Made by a program: the position numbers and the translations under genes. Below, piece by piece: positions 51,355 through 61,174 of a stretch of DNA of 64,000 nucleotides (position 1 is the stretch's first letter; each line of letters opens with the position of its first letter). This DNA is from Dehalococcoidia bacterium (lineage in GTDB: Bacteria; Chloroflexota; Dehalococcoidia; Plut-88900). Where the stretch lies: assembly GCA_965197675.1 (NCBI GenBank), contig OZ240221.1, positions 2,457,637-2,521,636 on the forward strand, given 5' to 3'. The notes under the pieces were generated by a model. That model was not told the DNA's origin. It was given only the letters and a program-made list of their open reading frames with translations, and made no database searches.

Positions 51355-51424
51355 GAAATTTCTAGTGTTCGCAAATAGGGAATAACTAATCACTGTCCAA
51401 TAGCCAGATTTGGACTAGAGTAAG

Positions 51425-53137
51425 CTATCCGTCATCCATCAACTCTTCCAGCACCTCTCGTACGAGCTCTAAGGGAACGTCGTTACGGATGACGGGCTTG
51501 CCGATCTCATCCAGCAGCACCCATCGGATGGTCTTGCCCCTGACCTTCTTGTCCAACTGCATCGCATCGATAAGGGCGTTCACATCTATCTTAGGCGAAG
51601 AAGTAGGCAGCCCGTACCTTTCCAGTAGTGATCTCTGCCTCTCAACCGACCTCTCAGGCAGACCAGCTACCCGATGGCTGATCGACGCGGCTCCCATCAT
51701 CCCCACTGACACGGCTTCGCCATGGAGGAACCGCCCATAGCCGGCAACCGCCTCGATGCTGTGTCCTATGGTGTGTCCGTAGTTCAAAATAGTCCTCAGC
51801 CCAGACTCCTTCTCATCCTGGCTCACCACCTGTCCCTTCAAAGCTGCGCTGCGCCGGACTACCTCGGTGGTGCTCTCAGGTTCCAATGCCATAATCGGCT
51901 CTGAGCCTCCTTCCAGTATATCCAACAACTCAGGGTCCATGATCATACCGTGCTTTATCACCTCGGCCCACCCGGACGTTAGCTCCCGAGGAGGCAGAGT
52001 AGATAAGACTTGCACGTCGGCTATAACCATCCGAGGTTGGTAGAACGCACCGATGAGATTCTTGCCCCTAGCGTGATTTATGGCTACCTTCCCCCCGATG
52101 GACGAATCCATCATCGCTACCAGGCTGGTAGGTATCTGGACTAACGGAAGTCCTCGAAGGTAAGTGGCCGCGGCATATCCGCCCAGGTCTCCCACCACTC
52201 CACCACCCAGAGCAACTACGGGGCTACCCCTCTCCACCCTGTGCTCCACCAGCAAATCGTATATAGCCGAAAGGGCCTCCGGAGACTTGCTTCTCTCTCC
52301 AGCTGGCACTTGCTTTTCCAAAACCTGGAATCCCGCGCTCTTCAACGACTCTGCAGCCCGAAGGCCATAGGCAGAATAGACCACCTCATCAGCTATTATC
52401 ACCGCGGTGCCTGATAAGCCCAAGTTCCTGGTCCGCTGGCCCAACTCGTCTAGCCCTCCCCAACCTACGAACACGGGATATTGGGCTGTGGGAGTAGTCA
52501 CCACGAACGCTGCTCCCATCTCCTGGCAGTAAGGGGCTTCCGACTCTTTTCTTACGAGTCCGGCCGGTGGAAACATATCTCCAGTGTCTTTATCGAGGCG
52601 GCGCCAAGCATACTCCACCCCCCTCACAACCTCCTCCACCACCTCCTCCATCTTTAGGTCATCGGTGTGGACGGTCCAGTCGGCCATAGCATAAAAGGGT
52701 TGGCGATACTCCTTGAGAGACTCGATCCTCTTTAGCGGGTCTGGACCCGCAAGCAGGGGGCGAACGGCTTCAGGGTTAGAGTCATCGAGACGGAGGCGTT
52801 TCAGGACGATGTTGGGTTTGGCCTCCAGGCATATCACCACACCGCTGGACATCATCAGCCTGCGGTTCTCTGGATCCAGTACCATTCCACCCCCCGTCGA
52901 GACCACCACCCCCTGTTGACGGCATGCCTCCACTAATACTTTACGCTCCCGCTCTCGAAAGCCCTCTTCCCTCTCCTGGCTGAATATCTGGGGTATGGTC
53001 ATATTTGCCCGTGCCTGGACTTCTTCGTCTGTATCAACGAACTCGCGATGAAGCCGACGAGCCAGGTTACGTCCAACCTCCGACTTGCCCGTTCCAGAAA
53101 AACCCACCAGGAAGATACTCTCGGACATGTCAATCAC
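51425..53137 (-). CDS. aroKB: Bifunctional shikimate kinase / 3-dehydroquinate synthase fusion.
   Basis: N-terminal P-loop FLVGFSGTGKS (AroK). C-terminal DHQS motifs (GGGVVGDLGGYAAATYLRG; DSSIGGKVAIN). Confidence 0.85.
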   Translation of the reverse strand: MIDMSESIFLVGFSGTGKSEVGRNLARRLHREFVDTDEEVQARANMTIPQIFSQEREEGFRERERKVLVEACRQQGVVVSTGGGMVLDPENRRLMMSSGVVICLEAKPNIVLKRLRLDDSNPEAVRPLLAGPDPLKRIESLKEYRQPFYAMADWTVHTDDLKMEEVVEEVVRGVEYAWRRLDKDTGDMFPPAGLVRKESEAPYCQEMGAAFVVTTPTAQYPVFVGWGGLDELGQRTRNLGLSGTAVIIADEVVYSAYGLRAAESLKSAGFQVLEKQVPAGERSKSPEALSAIYDLLVEHRVERGSPVVALGGGVVGDLGGYAAATYLRGLPLVQIPTSLVAMMDSSIGGKVAINHARGKNLIGAFYQPRMVIADVQVLSTLPPRELTSGWAEVIKHGMIMDPELLDILEGGSEPIMALEPESTTEVVRRSAALKGQVVSQDEKESGLRTILNYGHTIGHSIEAVAGYGRFLHGEAVSVGMMGAASISHRVAGLPERSVERQRSLLERYGLPTSSPKIDVNALIDAMQLDKKVRGKTIRWVLLDEIGKPVIRNDVPLELVREVLEELMDDG

Positions 53138-53167
53138 TGATCTAAGAATCGGTTTGCCTGGCAGAGC

Positions 53168-54337
53168 CTAACAGTTTGCCTTGGTAATTGCTTCGAGGTA
53201 GTCTTCGTAATTGCGCTTGGTCTCCTCGACGTGGTCGCCACCGAACTTCTCGAGAAGGGCATCTGCCAGCACTATAGCCATCATCGCCTCGCCAACTATG
53301 CCCGCCGGCGGCACCTGGCAAACGTCGCTGCGCTCATAATGGGCTTGAATCCTCTCCCCAGTATCCAAGTCCACCGATGGCAGGGGTTTGGCCAATGTCG
53401 ATATGGGCTTGACCGCCACCCGCACTATGATGTCTTCACCGTTACTCATGCCGCCCTCTATCCCGCCGGCCCGGTTGGTGGATCTCTTCCATCTACGATT
53501 CTGAGACGGATCGAAGGGCTCGATCACGTCATGAACTTGGGAGCCTCGAAGGCCGATAGACTCGAAGCCCAGACCGATCTCAACCCCCTTCATGGCATTG
53601 ATGCTGAGCATGGCCTGAGCTATCCGGCCATCCAGCTTTCTGTCCCAGTGGACGTAGCTGCCCAACCCCACTGGAACACCGATGGCTACCACCTCGAAGA
53701 CGCCTCCCACCGTATCTCCCGCCTCTTTAGCCTCATCTATGGCTGCCATCATCAGCTTTTCAGCTTCAGGGTCCGCACACCTAACGGGAGATTCCTCCAC
53801 CAACCCCCAGTCAATGGGACGGCAGAGCTCCGCCGAATGCTCTCCGATGGCGACTGTGCTGCTGTGAATCTCTATGCCGAACTCCTCCAGGAACCTTCGG
53901 CACACGGCGCCCACCCCACTCCGGGCCGCCGTCTCACGAGCGCTTGCCCGCTCCAGAACGTTGCGAACATCTCTATGACCGTACTTCAAGATGCCGGCTA
54001 AATCGGCGTGACCAGGCCGAAGCCTGGTCACCCGTTTAGTATCGCCCTCTATTGGGTCCACGCTCATAGCCTCACGCCAGTTCTCCCAGTCCTTGTTCTC
54101 GATCCACAGGGCGATGGGACTGCCGAGAGTCAGGCCGTGTCGCACCCCTGACTTAATGAGGGCTCTATCTTTCTCTATCTGCATACGGCCGCCTCGGCCG
54201 TGACCCTTTTGACGTCGTGCCAGGTCTTGAACAATATAGTCTTCCGAAATGGATAACCCGGCGGGCATCCCCTCGATGATTACCGACAGTCCCTGCCCAT
54301 GAGACTCTCCTGCTGTGAGAAAACGGATATGTCCCAT
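53168..54337 (-). CDS. aroC: Chorismate synthase.
   Basis: FLTAGESHGQGL N-terminus and conserved RPGHAD motif. Confidence 0.9.
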   Translation of the reverse strand: MGHIRFLTAGESHGQGLSVIIEGMPAGLSISEDYIVQDLARRQKGHGRGGRMQIEKDRALIKSGVRHGLTLGSPIALWIENKDWENWREAMSVDPIEGDTKRVTRLRPGHADLAGILKYGHRDVRNVLERASARETAARSGVGAVCRRFLEEFGIEIHSSTVAIGEHSAELCRPIDWGLVEESPVRCADPEAEKLMMAAIDEAKEAGDTVGGVFEVVAIGVPVGLGSYVHWDRKLDGRIAQAMLSINAMKGVEIGLGFESIGLRGSQVHDVIEPFDPSQNRRWKRSTNRAGGIEGGMSNGEDIIVRVAVKPISTLAKPLPSVDLDTGERIQAHYERSDVCQVPPAGIVGEAMMAIVLADALLEKFGGDHVEETKRNYEDYLEAITKANC

Positions 54338-55173
54338 CAGTTGAGTGCCTCCTTGGCCGACTCGAACATCACGTCTGTGGGGGCTCGCTCACCTGTCCAT
54401 TTCTGGAAAGCTAAGGCCCCTTGGTAAATCAGCATAGGTAGTCCGTCCAGGGCCTTGGCTCCTCGTTTTTTGGCCTCTAGGAGTAGGGGTGTCTCCATTG
54501 GATTATATACCAAGTCACACACCAAGGTTTCAGAGCGAATCACCTCTGCAAGCAGCGGAAGACGGCCCTCCATTGCGCCGTGTCTCATACCTATAGAGGT
54601 ACAGTTGACCAGAAGGTCATATTCCGTTGCTTCATCCAAAGCTGACCTGACCTCGATGCCGACTCCCTCACTACTCCGGATAAGACACGCCGCCAGTGCT
54701 TCAGCCCTCTCGATGGTGCGATTGACAATCACCAGAGATGTTACGCCTGCCTTCACCAGGCCATACGCTACGGCCCTGGCAGCGCCCCCTGCTCCCATCA
54801 TCGCCACCCTTTTGCTGACAGCCTCAAATCCCCCATCCTCTCGAAGTCCCCTCATGAAACCGGGAGCATCAGTGTTATAACCAATGAGCCGTCCCCCCCT
54901 GTTAACGATGGTATTGATACTGCCTACGTCCCTGCCGGTAGTGTCCAAGTCGTCCAACAGGCCCATTACATTCTCCTTGTGAGGAATGGTCACGTTAGCG
55001 CCCAGCACCTCTGAGGATCTGAGATACTCTACCCTCTCCTGCAGCTTTGAAGGCTCCGTCTCCCAGGCGGAGTATCGAACGTCCAGGTGAAGATAATCTA
55101 AGGCTGCCTGCTGAAATATCGGGGATACAGAGTGGGCTAGAGGATAGCCCAGTATACCGACGTGCTTGGTCAC
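54337..55173 (-). CDS. aroE: Shikimate 5-dehydrogenase.
   Basis: GILGYPLAHSVSP, GANVTIPHK and Rossmann MMGAGGAARAV motifs. Confidence 0.85.
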   Translation of the reverse strand: MTKHVGILGYPLAHSVSPIFQQAALDYLHLDVRYSAWETEPSKLQERVEYLRSSEVLGANVTIPHKENVMGLLDDLDTTGRDVGSINTIVNRGGRLIGYNTDAPGFMRGLREDGGFEAVSKRVAMMGAGGAARAVAYGLVKAGVTSLVIVNRTIERAEALAACLIRSSEGVGIEVRSALDEATEYDLLVNCTSIGMRHGAMEGRLPLLAEVIRSETLVCDLVYNPMETPLLLEAKKRGAKALDGLPMLIYQGALAFQKWTGERAPTDVMFESAKEALN

Positions 55174-55175
55174 GA

Positions 55176-55607
55176 CTAGACGCCGTTTATGGACGTTTGC
55201 CTTCGGCCGTCTAGGTAGCTCTGCAAGATAATGGACGCCGCCAGCGAGTCCTTCATCTCCTTCTGTTTCGAAGGACGAGTTCCGGTCTCTCGCATAAACC
55301 TCTCGGCCGACTGGGTGGAGAATCGTTCATCCCAAGTCTCTACGGGGACCCTCAAAATGGAAGAGAGTTGATCGCAGACTTTTTGGACTTTATCAGCCTG
55401 GCGGCCCTTCTGCCCATTCAAGGATATAGGCATCCCGACAACCACTGTTTCCACCTGATGCTCCTCGGCCAATGAGGCGATCTCGGAGATAGCTTGACCT
55501 CGACCTTCTACTCTGATGGCGTTCAACGGAGATGCGATAGTCTCCGTGGGATCGCTAAGGGCTACTCCTATTCTCACATCCCCGATGTCCAAGCCCAGTA
55601 CTCGCAC
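55176..55607 (-). CDS. ruvX: Putative pre-16S rRNA nuclease / Holliday-junction-resolvase-like YqgF.
   Basis: MRVLGLDIGDVRIGVALSD RNase H-like N-terminus. Conserved alaS-ruvX order. Confidence 0.85.
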   Translation of the reverse strand: MRVLGLDIGDVRIGVALSDPTETIASPLNAIRVEGRGQAISEIASLAEEHQVETVVVGMPISLNGQKGRQADKVQKVCDQLSSILRVPVETWDERFSTQSAERFMRETGTRPSKQKEMKDSLAASIILQSYLDGRRQTSINGV

Positions 55608-55609
55608 AG

Positions 55610-58246
55610 CTACGCTCTGACTCCCTTCACGGTGGGAGCAACCGCATCCAGGGCCTTCTGAATCTTGGACTTGTCTTTGCCCCCTGCCTGGGCTATCTCG
55701 GGGCGTCCTCCTCCCCCGCCACCCGCCTCCGCAGCCACTTCCTGGGCTATCTTACCTGCGTGAAAGCCTTTGGCCACCAGGTCAGGAGTGACCATAGCCA
55801 CGAAGAGGGGCCTATCGTTGATCACCGATGCAAGAACTACGATCCCCTCTCCCATCCTGGCTTTCACCAGGTCCCCCATCTCTCGCATAGTCTCAACGTT
55901 AGGAGCTTTCACGCGCGCCGCAAGTACGTTGATCCCATCAACGTGTTGAACTTGCCCCAATAGGCCCGAGGCTTCACCTCTAGCCAACTCACGCTCCAGG
56001 TTAGCGGCCCGTTTGCGCTCAGACTCCAGTTCCGACACCAAGCTTGATACCTTGTCGCCAAGTTCACTGGGTGGCGTTCCCAGGTCCCTCGACAATGAAT
56101 CCACCAATGCCAAACGCTGATCGATGACATGCTCGACAGCCGTCCCGGTCACCGCCTCTATCCTACGCAGGCCTGAGCCGATGCTACCCTCATCCATTAT
56201 CTGGAAGTACCATACGTCTCCGGTACTCCCGACGTGGATACCCCCGCAGACCTCCAAGCTGAACCACTCGCCATCTCCCATTTCCACCACCCGAACCACG
56301 TCCGGGTACTTGTCCCCGAAGAAAGCTAAAGCGCCCTCGGATACAGCCTGGTTGTACGGAAGCTGTCGGCTGCTGATCTGAAGATCATCACGGACCTGCC
56401 GGTTGACCATCTCTCTCACGTCTTTCAGATCGCTGTTGCTGAGGCCAACGGGGTGGGTGAAGTCGAACCGTAGTCGGGCTGGCTCTACGAGCGACCCACT
56501 CTGCCGGACATGACCACCCAACACCTTCCTCAGCGCAGCATGAAGCAAGTGAGTAGCCGTATGATTGCGAGCGGCCTCTCTTCTTTGCAAAGGGTATACT
56601 CGTAGGTTTACAGACTCTCCCGCTGAAATGGTACCTCCCATCACGGTGCCCCGATGGACGATGAATCCCGGCATGGTGATCTGGGTGTCCTCGACCCTGA
56701 ATGTACCGTCGAGTCCTTCAATCTCCCCCCTGTCACCTACCTGACCGCCGCCCTCAGCATAGAATGGAGTCTCCATCACTACTAATTCGGCCCTTTGACC
56801 TTCGGTAACTCTCTGCATAGAAAGGCCCTCGACCAGCAGTCCAACCACCACTGATTCACCCTTCAGGGTCTCATATCCAGTAAATCGGGTTGCCCCTAGC
56901 CCGAGGGATCCATACAGCTCAGACATCTTGTCGGTCTTGAAGACTTGGACTGCACGGCCTCTCTCCCGCTGATGCTCCATCTCCCGATGAAATCCCTCCA
57001 TGTCAACGGTCAAGCCTTTTTCGGCAGCCACTTCCCGGGTGAGCTCGGGAGGGAAGCCATAGGTATCGTAAAGTTTGAAAACGTTGCTGCCAGACAAAGC
57101 CTGCGGTCCGATACCCCTTTCTTGGGATACCATTTGATCCAGCAAGCTCAATCCCGTATCCAAGGTGTCATGAAATCTGGACTCCTCTTGGTCTATCACC
57201 TTCAGAATAAACTCCCTGTTTCTCTCAAGCTCAGGATAGACGTGCCCCATTTTATGGATAACCGTTTTGGCTATCTCCGGCAGGATAACTCTGTCCACGC
57301 CCAGCTTCCGAGCAAAGGTAACGGCGCGCCGCAGAATGCGCCTCAGTACGTATCCTCGTCCCTCGTTGCTGGGCACGACACCATCGGCTATCAGGTAAGT
57401 GACCCCTCGGGAGTGCTCGGCCAGGACGCGCATGGCGGTACTGGTCTCGCTCCCTTTCTCGTACTCCTTACCTGTCAGGCGGGAGACGGCCTCCATTATC
57501 TCAGTGAAGACGTCGGTTTCGTAGATGGTGGTAACTCCCTGAAGAACGGCGGCGGTGCGCTCCAGGCCCATGCCGGTATCAATGTTGGGCTTGGGCAAAA
57601 GGATTCGCTCTCCCTGGAGATCCTGGTAATACTGTGTAAACACCAGGTTCCAGATCTCGGTAAAGCGCCCGCATGAGCAAGCGGGGTTGCGCTCGCAGTC
57701 AGGCTTGTTACAGCCATGCTCGGGGCCAAAGTCGTAGTAGATCTCACTGCATGGCCCGCAAGGGCCCTCGTCTCCCGGGGGGCCCCAGTAGTTATCCTCC
57801 TCGCCGTAGCGTACAATCCTGTGCGCAGGCACACCCACGTCTTGCCATAGGCCAAAGGACTCATCATCGTCCAGGAAAATACTTATCCATAGACGCTCCG
57901 ATGGAAGATTCAGGTCCTTCGTTACGAACTCCCAAGCCCAATCTATGGCCTCTTTCTTGAAGTAGTCTCCTACACTGAAGTTTCCCAGCATCTCGAAAAA
58001 GGTGAGGTGGTCGGCATCGCCGACACTATCGATATCCGTGGTGCGGAAGCACTTCTGAGCCGACACCAAGCGAGGATTTGGAGGAATGGCCTCACCCGTG
58101 AAGAAGGGCTTGATCTGGACAACCCCTGCGCTGGTAAGCAGCAGGGTAGGATCACCTATGGGAATCAGAGATGAACTGGGGAGGATAAGGTGGCCCTTTT
58201 CCTCAAAGAACTTCAGATATTCAGTACGCAGGTCGTCGCTATTCAC
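55610..58246 (-). CDS. alaS: Alanyl-tRNA synthetase.
   Basis: Class II catalytic core. Editing-domain HxxxH/CxxxH motifs (HTATHLLH; CGGIHV). C-terminal DHHA1. 878 aa. Confidence 0.9.
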   Translation of the reverse strand: MNSDDLRTEYLKFFEEKGHLILPSSSLIPIGDPTLLLTSAGVVQIKPFFTGEAIPPNPRLVSAQKCFRTTDIDSVGDADHLTFFEMLGNFSVGDYFKKEAIDWAWEFVTKDLNLPSERLWISIFLDDDESFGLWQDVGVPAHRIVRYGEEDNYWGPPGDEGPCGPCSEIYYDFGPEHGCNKPDCERNPACSCGRFTEIWNLVFTQYYQDLQGERILLPKPNIDTGMGLERTAAVLQGVTTIYETDVFTEIMEAVSRLTGKEYEKGSETSTAMRVLAEHSRGVTYLIADGVVPSNEGRGYVLRRILRRAVTFARKLGVDRVILPEIAKTVIHKMGHVYPELERNREFILKVIDQEESRFHDTLDTGLSLLDQMVSQERGIGPQALSGSNVFKLYDTYGFPPELTREVAAEKGLTVDMEGFHREMEHQRERGRAVQVFKTDKMSELYGSLGLGATRFTGYETLKGESVVVGLLVEGLSMQRVTEGQRAELVVMETPFYAEGGGQVGDRGEIEGLDGTFRVEDTQITMPGFIVHRGTVMGGTISAGESVNLRVYPLQRREAARNHTATHLLHAALRKVLGGHVRQSGSLVEPARLRFDFTHPVGLSNSDLKDVREMVNRQVRDDLQISSRQLPYNQAVSEGALAFFGDKYPDVVRVVEMGDGEWFSLEVCGGIHVGSTGDVWYFQIMDEGSIGSGLRRIEAVTGTAVEHVIDQRLALVDSLSRDLGTPPSELGDKVSSLVSELESERKRAANLERELARGEASGLLGQVQHVDGINVLAARVKAPNVETMREMGDLVKARMGEGIVVLASVINDRPLFVAMVTPDLVAKGFHAGKIAQEVAAEAGGGGGGRPEIAQAGGKDKSKIQKALDAVAPTVKGVRA

Positions 58247-58357
58247 TTTATATTACGTTAAGCAATGCAATTTATGGTTGATCTATGCTCCATCCCTTCA
58301 ATTCGATTGTATGAGAAGGGATTATAGCTGTCAACGCGACTGATTCTCCGAAATTCG

Positions 58358-58415
58358 CCGGCTCCTTTTCCCTCAAGGGTTGAGGTGTCTCCGCTCACCC
58401 TAAGCCTGTCGAAGG
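58358..58415. repeat. Partial inverted copy of dispersed repeat family C (TGAGGTGTCTCCGCTCACCCTAAGC) plus GCTCCTTTTCCCTCAAGGG module.
   Basis: Reverse complement matches the 5' part of the 8230..8283 and 30190..30234 elements. Confidence 0.5.
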
Positions 58416-58667
58416 GTACCCTCACTCCAGTCCTCTCCCCCAGGGAAAGGGTGTTGGGGATGGGGAACCTAGGTATCCGCATTTCGGTTGACACGATTAG
58501 TCAATTTTGATACCCTCGAACTAACGTTGTGGGGGAGTTTCACCGCCTTTAACACCCTCGGTTGTTCACACATCCATCACTCTTTATCTACGCTCTCTTC
58601 GTCCTCACGACCATCCACACCGAGGCGAGAAGAAGCGGTATGCTGGAAATGGAGGGGCTTCTAGCGA

Positions 58668-60191
58668 ATGACAGTATCATACACAAGAGAAGCCGTTGCT
58701 CACGACTCCATTTCCGACCTATCCCGCAAACTGCTCAGCCTGCGAAAGACGATAATCGTCAGCAACCGGGGTCCAGTCGAATACCTCCCCAGTGGAGACG
58801 GGGAATACCACGCCCGTAGGGGCAGCGGCGGTCTGGTTACCGCCCTTAACGTCATCTGTCGCAATGAGGGATTGACCTGGATTTCCAGCGCCATCGGGGA
58901 GGGCGATAGACGCGTAGGAGCCGAGGCGGAATGGGGACACGTCAAGTCGCCTCTTCCTGGACAGAACCTGAATATCCGTTTCGTTAGCTCCTCTCGCAGA
59001 ACCTATCACAAATACTACAACGTAATCTGTAACCCACTCCTCTGGTTCCTCCAGCACTACATGTGGAATACTCCCTACACCCCCAATGTCGACTCTGCAG
59101 TTCAGGACGCATGGAAAAACGGCTACTCTGCGATGAACAAGCTGTTCGCCGATGCCATTATCGACGAGGCCAATGCCGCTGATCACCCTCCAGTAGTGAT
59201 GCTACAGGACTACCATCTTTACCTGGCCCCGAAAATGATTCGCCATGCCATACCCGAAGTCATTTTGCAGCATTTCACCCACATACCGTGGCCTAGCTCC
59301 CATTACTGGCTACTTCTGCCCTCTGACATGAGACGGGAGATATATGAGAGTCTCTGCTCGACAGACATCGTGGGATTGCAGACTCTACGAGATGTACACA
59401 ATTTCTTGGAGGGCTGCGTAACCTTCCTTCCTAACGCCGACGTGGACTACAACGAGCACACTGTGAAATACAACGATCGCACCATCAAGGCCAAGGCCTA
59501 TCCGGCCTCCGTCAGCGTAGAAGGGCTTCGCCACGTGGCCGCCTCAATAAGGGTACAAGACTACGAGCGGAAACTGCTACCCCACTGCGGCCCTAAGACC
59601 ATCGTCCGAGTAGATAGAACGGAGCCCAGCAAGAACATCGTTCGCGGGTTCAGGGCTTACGATCTCTTGCTGGACAGGTATCCCGAGTACAGAGGCCAAG
59701 TAAAATTCCTGGCCTTCTTGGTGCCTTCAAGGACTCATATAAAGCAGTATGAGAGATATACCGAAGAGGTTAACAATATAACAAAGCACATCAACGAGAA
59801 ATACGGAACGGAAGAATGGAAACCAGTTACCGTCTTCCACGAGAACAATTACTCCCAGGCCATAGCCGGCATGCAGCTCTACGATGTACTACTGGTAAAC
59901 TCAGTCATCGACGGCATGAATCTCGTGGCTAAAGAAGGGCCCATAGTCAACAAAAAGAACGGAGTCTTGATCCTATCCGAGGGTGCCGGGGCACACCAAC
60001 AGCTAGCTGAGGGCGCCCTTTCGATAGCGCCCGCTGACTTAGAGGGCACCGCCGAGGCCCTCAACATAGCCTTGTCCATGTCAGAAGAGGAGCGCAAGAG
60101 GAGAATCCATACCCTGGTCTGTTCAGTAGAGATGGAAGACGCTAATCACTGGCTGGAGCAGCAGCTACAAGACGTATACAACCTGGCGTAG
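58668..60191 (+). CDS. GT20-family glycosyltransferase, trehalose-6-phosphate synthase (OtsA)-like.
   Basis: IIVSNRGPVEY...GGLV N-terminus and LQDYHLYL motif typical of OtsA. Confidence 0.7.
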   Translation: MTVSYTREAVAHDSISDLSRKLLSLRKTIIVSNRGPVEYLPSGDGEYHARRGSGGLVTALNVICRNEGLTWISSAIGEGDRRVGAEAEWGHVKSPLPGQNLNIRFVSSSRRTYHKYYNVICNPLLWFLQHYMWNTPYTPNVDSAVQDAWKNGYSAMNKLFADAIIDEANAADHPPVVMLQDYHLYLAPKMIRHAIPEVILQHFTHIPWPSSHYWLLLPSDMRREIYESLCSTDIVGLQTLRDVHNFLEGCVTFLPNADVDYNEHTVKYNDRTIKAKAYPASVSVEGLRHVAASIRVQDYERKLLPHCGPKTIVRVDRTEPSKNIVRGFRAYDLLLDRYPEYRGQVKFLAFLVPSRTHIKQYERYTEEVNNITKHINEKYGTEEWKPVTVFHENNYSQAIAGMQLYDVLLVNSVIDGMNLVAKEGPIVNKKNGVLILSEGAGAHQQLAEGALSIAPADLEGTAEALNIALSMSEEERKRRIHTLVCSVEMEDANHWLEQQLQDVYNLA

Positions 60192-60294
60192 GCACTATCC
60201 CAGTATGGTCGCTCGGTTGTCTGCTACCCATTCTTCCAGGTCCTCCCTAACCCGGGTAGCGTATCTCTCATAAGGGAGTTTCTACGAGATTCCA

Positions 60295-61158
60295 ATGACC
60301 GGTATACGCAAAGTAGTTATTCCTGCCGCAGGCTGGGGTACCCGCTTTCTGCCCACCACCAAGGCCGTCCCCAAAGAGCTGGTGCCCCTCATGGATAAGC
60401 CGATCATTCACTACGGAGTGGAGGAGGCCGTTACCTCCGGAATAGGCCGGGTGATAATAGTGACTTCTCCAGGCAAGAAGGCTATCGAGGACTATTTCAC
60501 CCCGAACCCCGATCTTGAAAGGTTTCTATCGGACAAGAACCGTATCGGGCTGCTGGAAGAGGTCAGAAAAGTTTCTCGAATGGCCGAGATGTCCTACGTG
60601 ACACAAGAGGAACAGCTAGGGTTGGGCCACGCCGTTCTCACGGCAGCCGAGGCAGTAGATCGAGAGCCTTTCGCCGTCCTCCTACCCGATGACGTCATTC
60701 AGTCAAAAAAACCAGCATTGGGCCAGATGATGGATCTGTTCTCTCGATATCATGGGAGCGTTGTTGCCGTGCAAAGAGTGACGAGAGAGCAGATACCGGG
60801 ATACGGCATCATCGACGCTGAAGAGGTGGAGCAAGGGTTCTACAAAGTCCTCGGCCTGGTGGAGAAACCCAACCCAGACGAAGCGCCTTCGGACCTGGGA
60901 ATAGTAGGCAGATATCTGTTGACCGCTTCCATAATCGATGCCCTGAGAGCCACCGAGCCTGGCGCTCTAGGTGAGATCCAACTGACCGATGGCATCTCCA
61001 ATCTGTTGAAATCGGAGCCTGTCTACGCCTATGAGTTCGAGGGCAAACGCCACGATGTGGGGACACCTTTGGGCCTCATCAAGGCCTCAGTAGAGATGGC
61101 CCTATCCAGAGAGGACGTAGGTCAGCAGTTGAAACGTTACTTGGGATCTATCACTTAG
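60295..61158 (+). CDS. galU: UTP--glucose-1-phosphate uridylyltransferase.
   Basis: KVVIPAAGWGTRFLPTTKAVPKE N-terminal signature. Confidence 0.85.
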   Translation: MTGIRKVVIPAAGWGTRFLPTTKAVPKELVPLMDKPIIHYGVEEAVTSGIGRVIIVTSPGKKAIEDYFTPNPDLERFLSDKNRIGLLEEVRKVSRMAEMSYVTQEEQLGLGHAVLTAAEAVDREPFAVLLPDDVIQSKKPALGQMMDLFSRYHGSVVAVQRVTREQIPGYGIIDAEEVEQGFYKVLGLVEKPNPDEAPSDLGIVGRYLLTASIIDALRATEPGALGEIQLTDGISNLLKSEPVYAYEFEGKRHDVGTPLGLIKASVEMALSREDVGQQLKRYLGSIT

Positions 61159-61174
61159 AGAAGAGGCATTTAGC

